Part shown: positions 63,351-64,000 of the stretch, one piece after another
How positions within the stretch are numbered: position 1 is the first letter of the stretch
How the letters are laid out: each line of letters starts with the position of its first letter
Origin: Podarcis pityusensis
Taxonomy: Eukaryota
Assembly (NCBI GenBank): GCA_964106645.2
Contig: OZ067042.1
Length of the DNA stretch: 64,000 bases
Strand: one strand, 5' to 3'
The notes under the pieces: model-generated
Databases searched by the model: none
Told to the model about the DNA's origin: nothing
The model's input: only the letters and a program-made list of their open reading frames with translations
Position numbers and translations under genes: made by a program

Positions 63351-63423
63351 TAAGTTCCAATGCTAATCCATTGTAAATTGATTATATATTAAAAGTAGCT
63401 CCCAAAAAGTTTGGCATTCTTAC

Positions 63424-63546
63424 CTCGTCCTAGAACACAAACAGCCATTAAATTTGATGAATAATAAGTGGAGTGAAACTTCAATAACTCTTGTCTTACA
63501 TCTATTCCTTCTTGGTTTGGTCTAGTTTCCAAAGTGAATTTGCTTC
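63424..63546 (-). CDS. IDE: IDE exon 5
   Basis: Encodes (G)[40 protein letters not shown]; 123 nt. Confidence 0.97.
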
Positions 63547-64000
63547 CTACAGTACATAAATAAAAAGAAGGATGTGTTACAATAAGAGCCATGACTGGGT
63601 AAATGTGCTCAGTTCTGTAAAAACTGTTAATCCCTGCAATCACAAGAGGCGATACTGCACATATCCCTCAAACAGATTACAGCATCTGGATTGTTTTACT
63701 ACTACGTTTACACTCTCCATTTCCTCCAATGAGCTCAGGTGGCATACATGGTCCTCCGCAACCCCCTAACTTTATTCTCACAAAAACAAATGATGGGCAT
63801 TGTGCATGCAGATCCTATTTATATTTCTATCACATGATGGTACTTCTATCGAGTGCAAGATGTTTATCAAATTTCCTGCTTTCATGATTTCAGCAAGACC
63901 ATTTGTGGCTCAGCTTGAATAGCTTGGAGTTAGGAGAATTGAAATCTGGAATTGTGTTCTCAAGGGATTGCTTCTACAAATCCTCTTTCTAAACTTTTAT

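Overview
This is vertebrate genomic DNA from a squamate reptile. The Sauria SINEs and the CR1/L2/hAT/Tigger repeat set point to a lizard, probably a lacertid (inference). Two convergent intron-containing genes are present in the same arrangement as in mammals. MARCHF5 (+) has coding exons 2-6 at 6297-10767 and a 3'UTR to about 12.85 kb; exon 1 lies left of the window. IDE (insulin-degrading enzyme, -) has exons 5-25 at 63546-33242, ends in the PTS1 signal -AKL, and has a 3'UTR probably reaching about 29.0 kb; exons 1-4, including the HXXEH site, lie right of the window. All visible exons have GT-AG ends and chain in frame. Two N-gaps sit exactly where IDE exon 15 belongs. The first 17 nt of exon 15a emerge from the right gap, and a second strong acceptor abuts the left gap, as expected for the mutually exclusive exon 15b. 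Between them, a 17-nt element is antisense to the E-Y-x-Y-A-A codons shared by both exons. This candidate competing-RNA-structure splicing switch is the most interesting signal, but it is unverified because the exon bodies are masked. The rest is transposon-derived: a young CR1 with an open ORF2, Sauria SINEs, hAT and Tigger-type MITEs, L1/L2 fragments, and Penelope remnants with decayed minimal hammerhead motifs. There are no prokaryotic features or CRISPR arrays. Exon numbering and comparisons with human sequences come from memory, not from a search.
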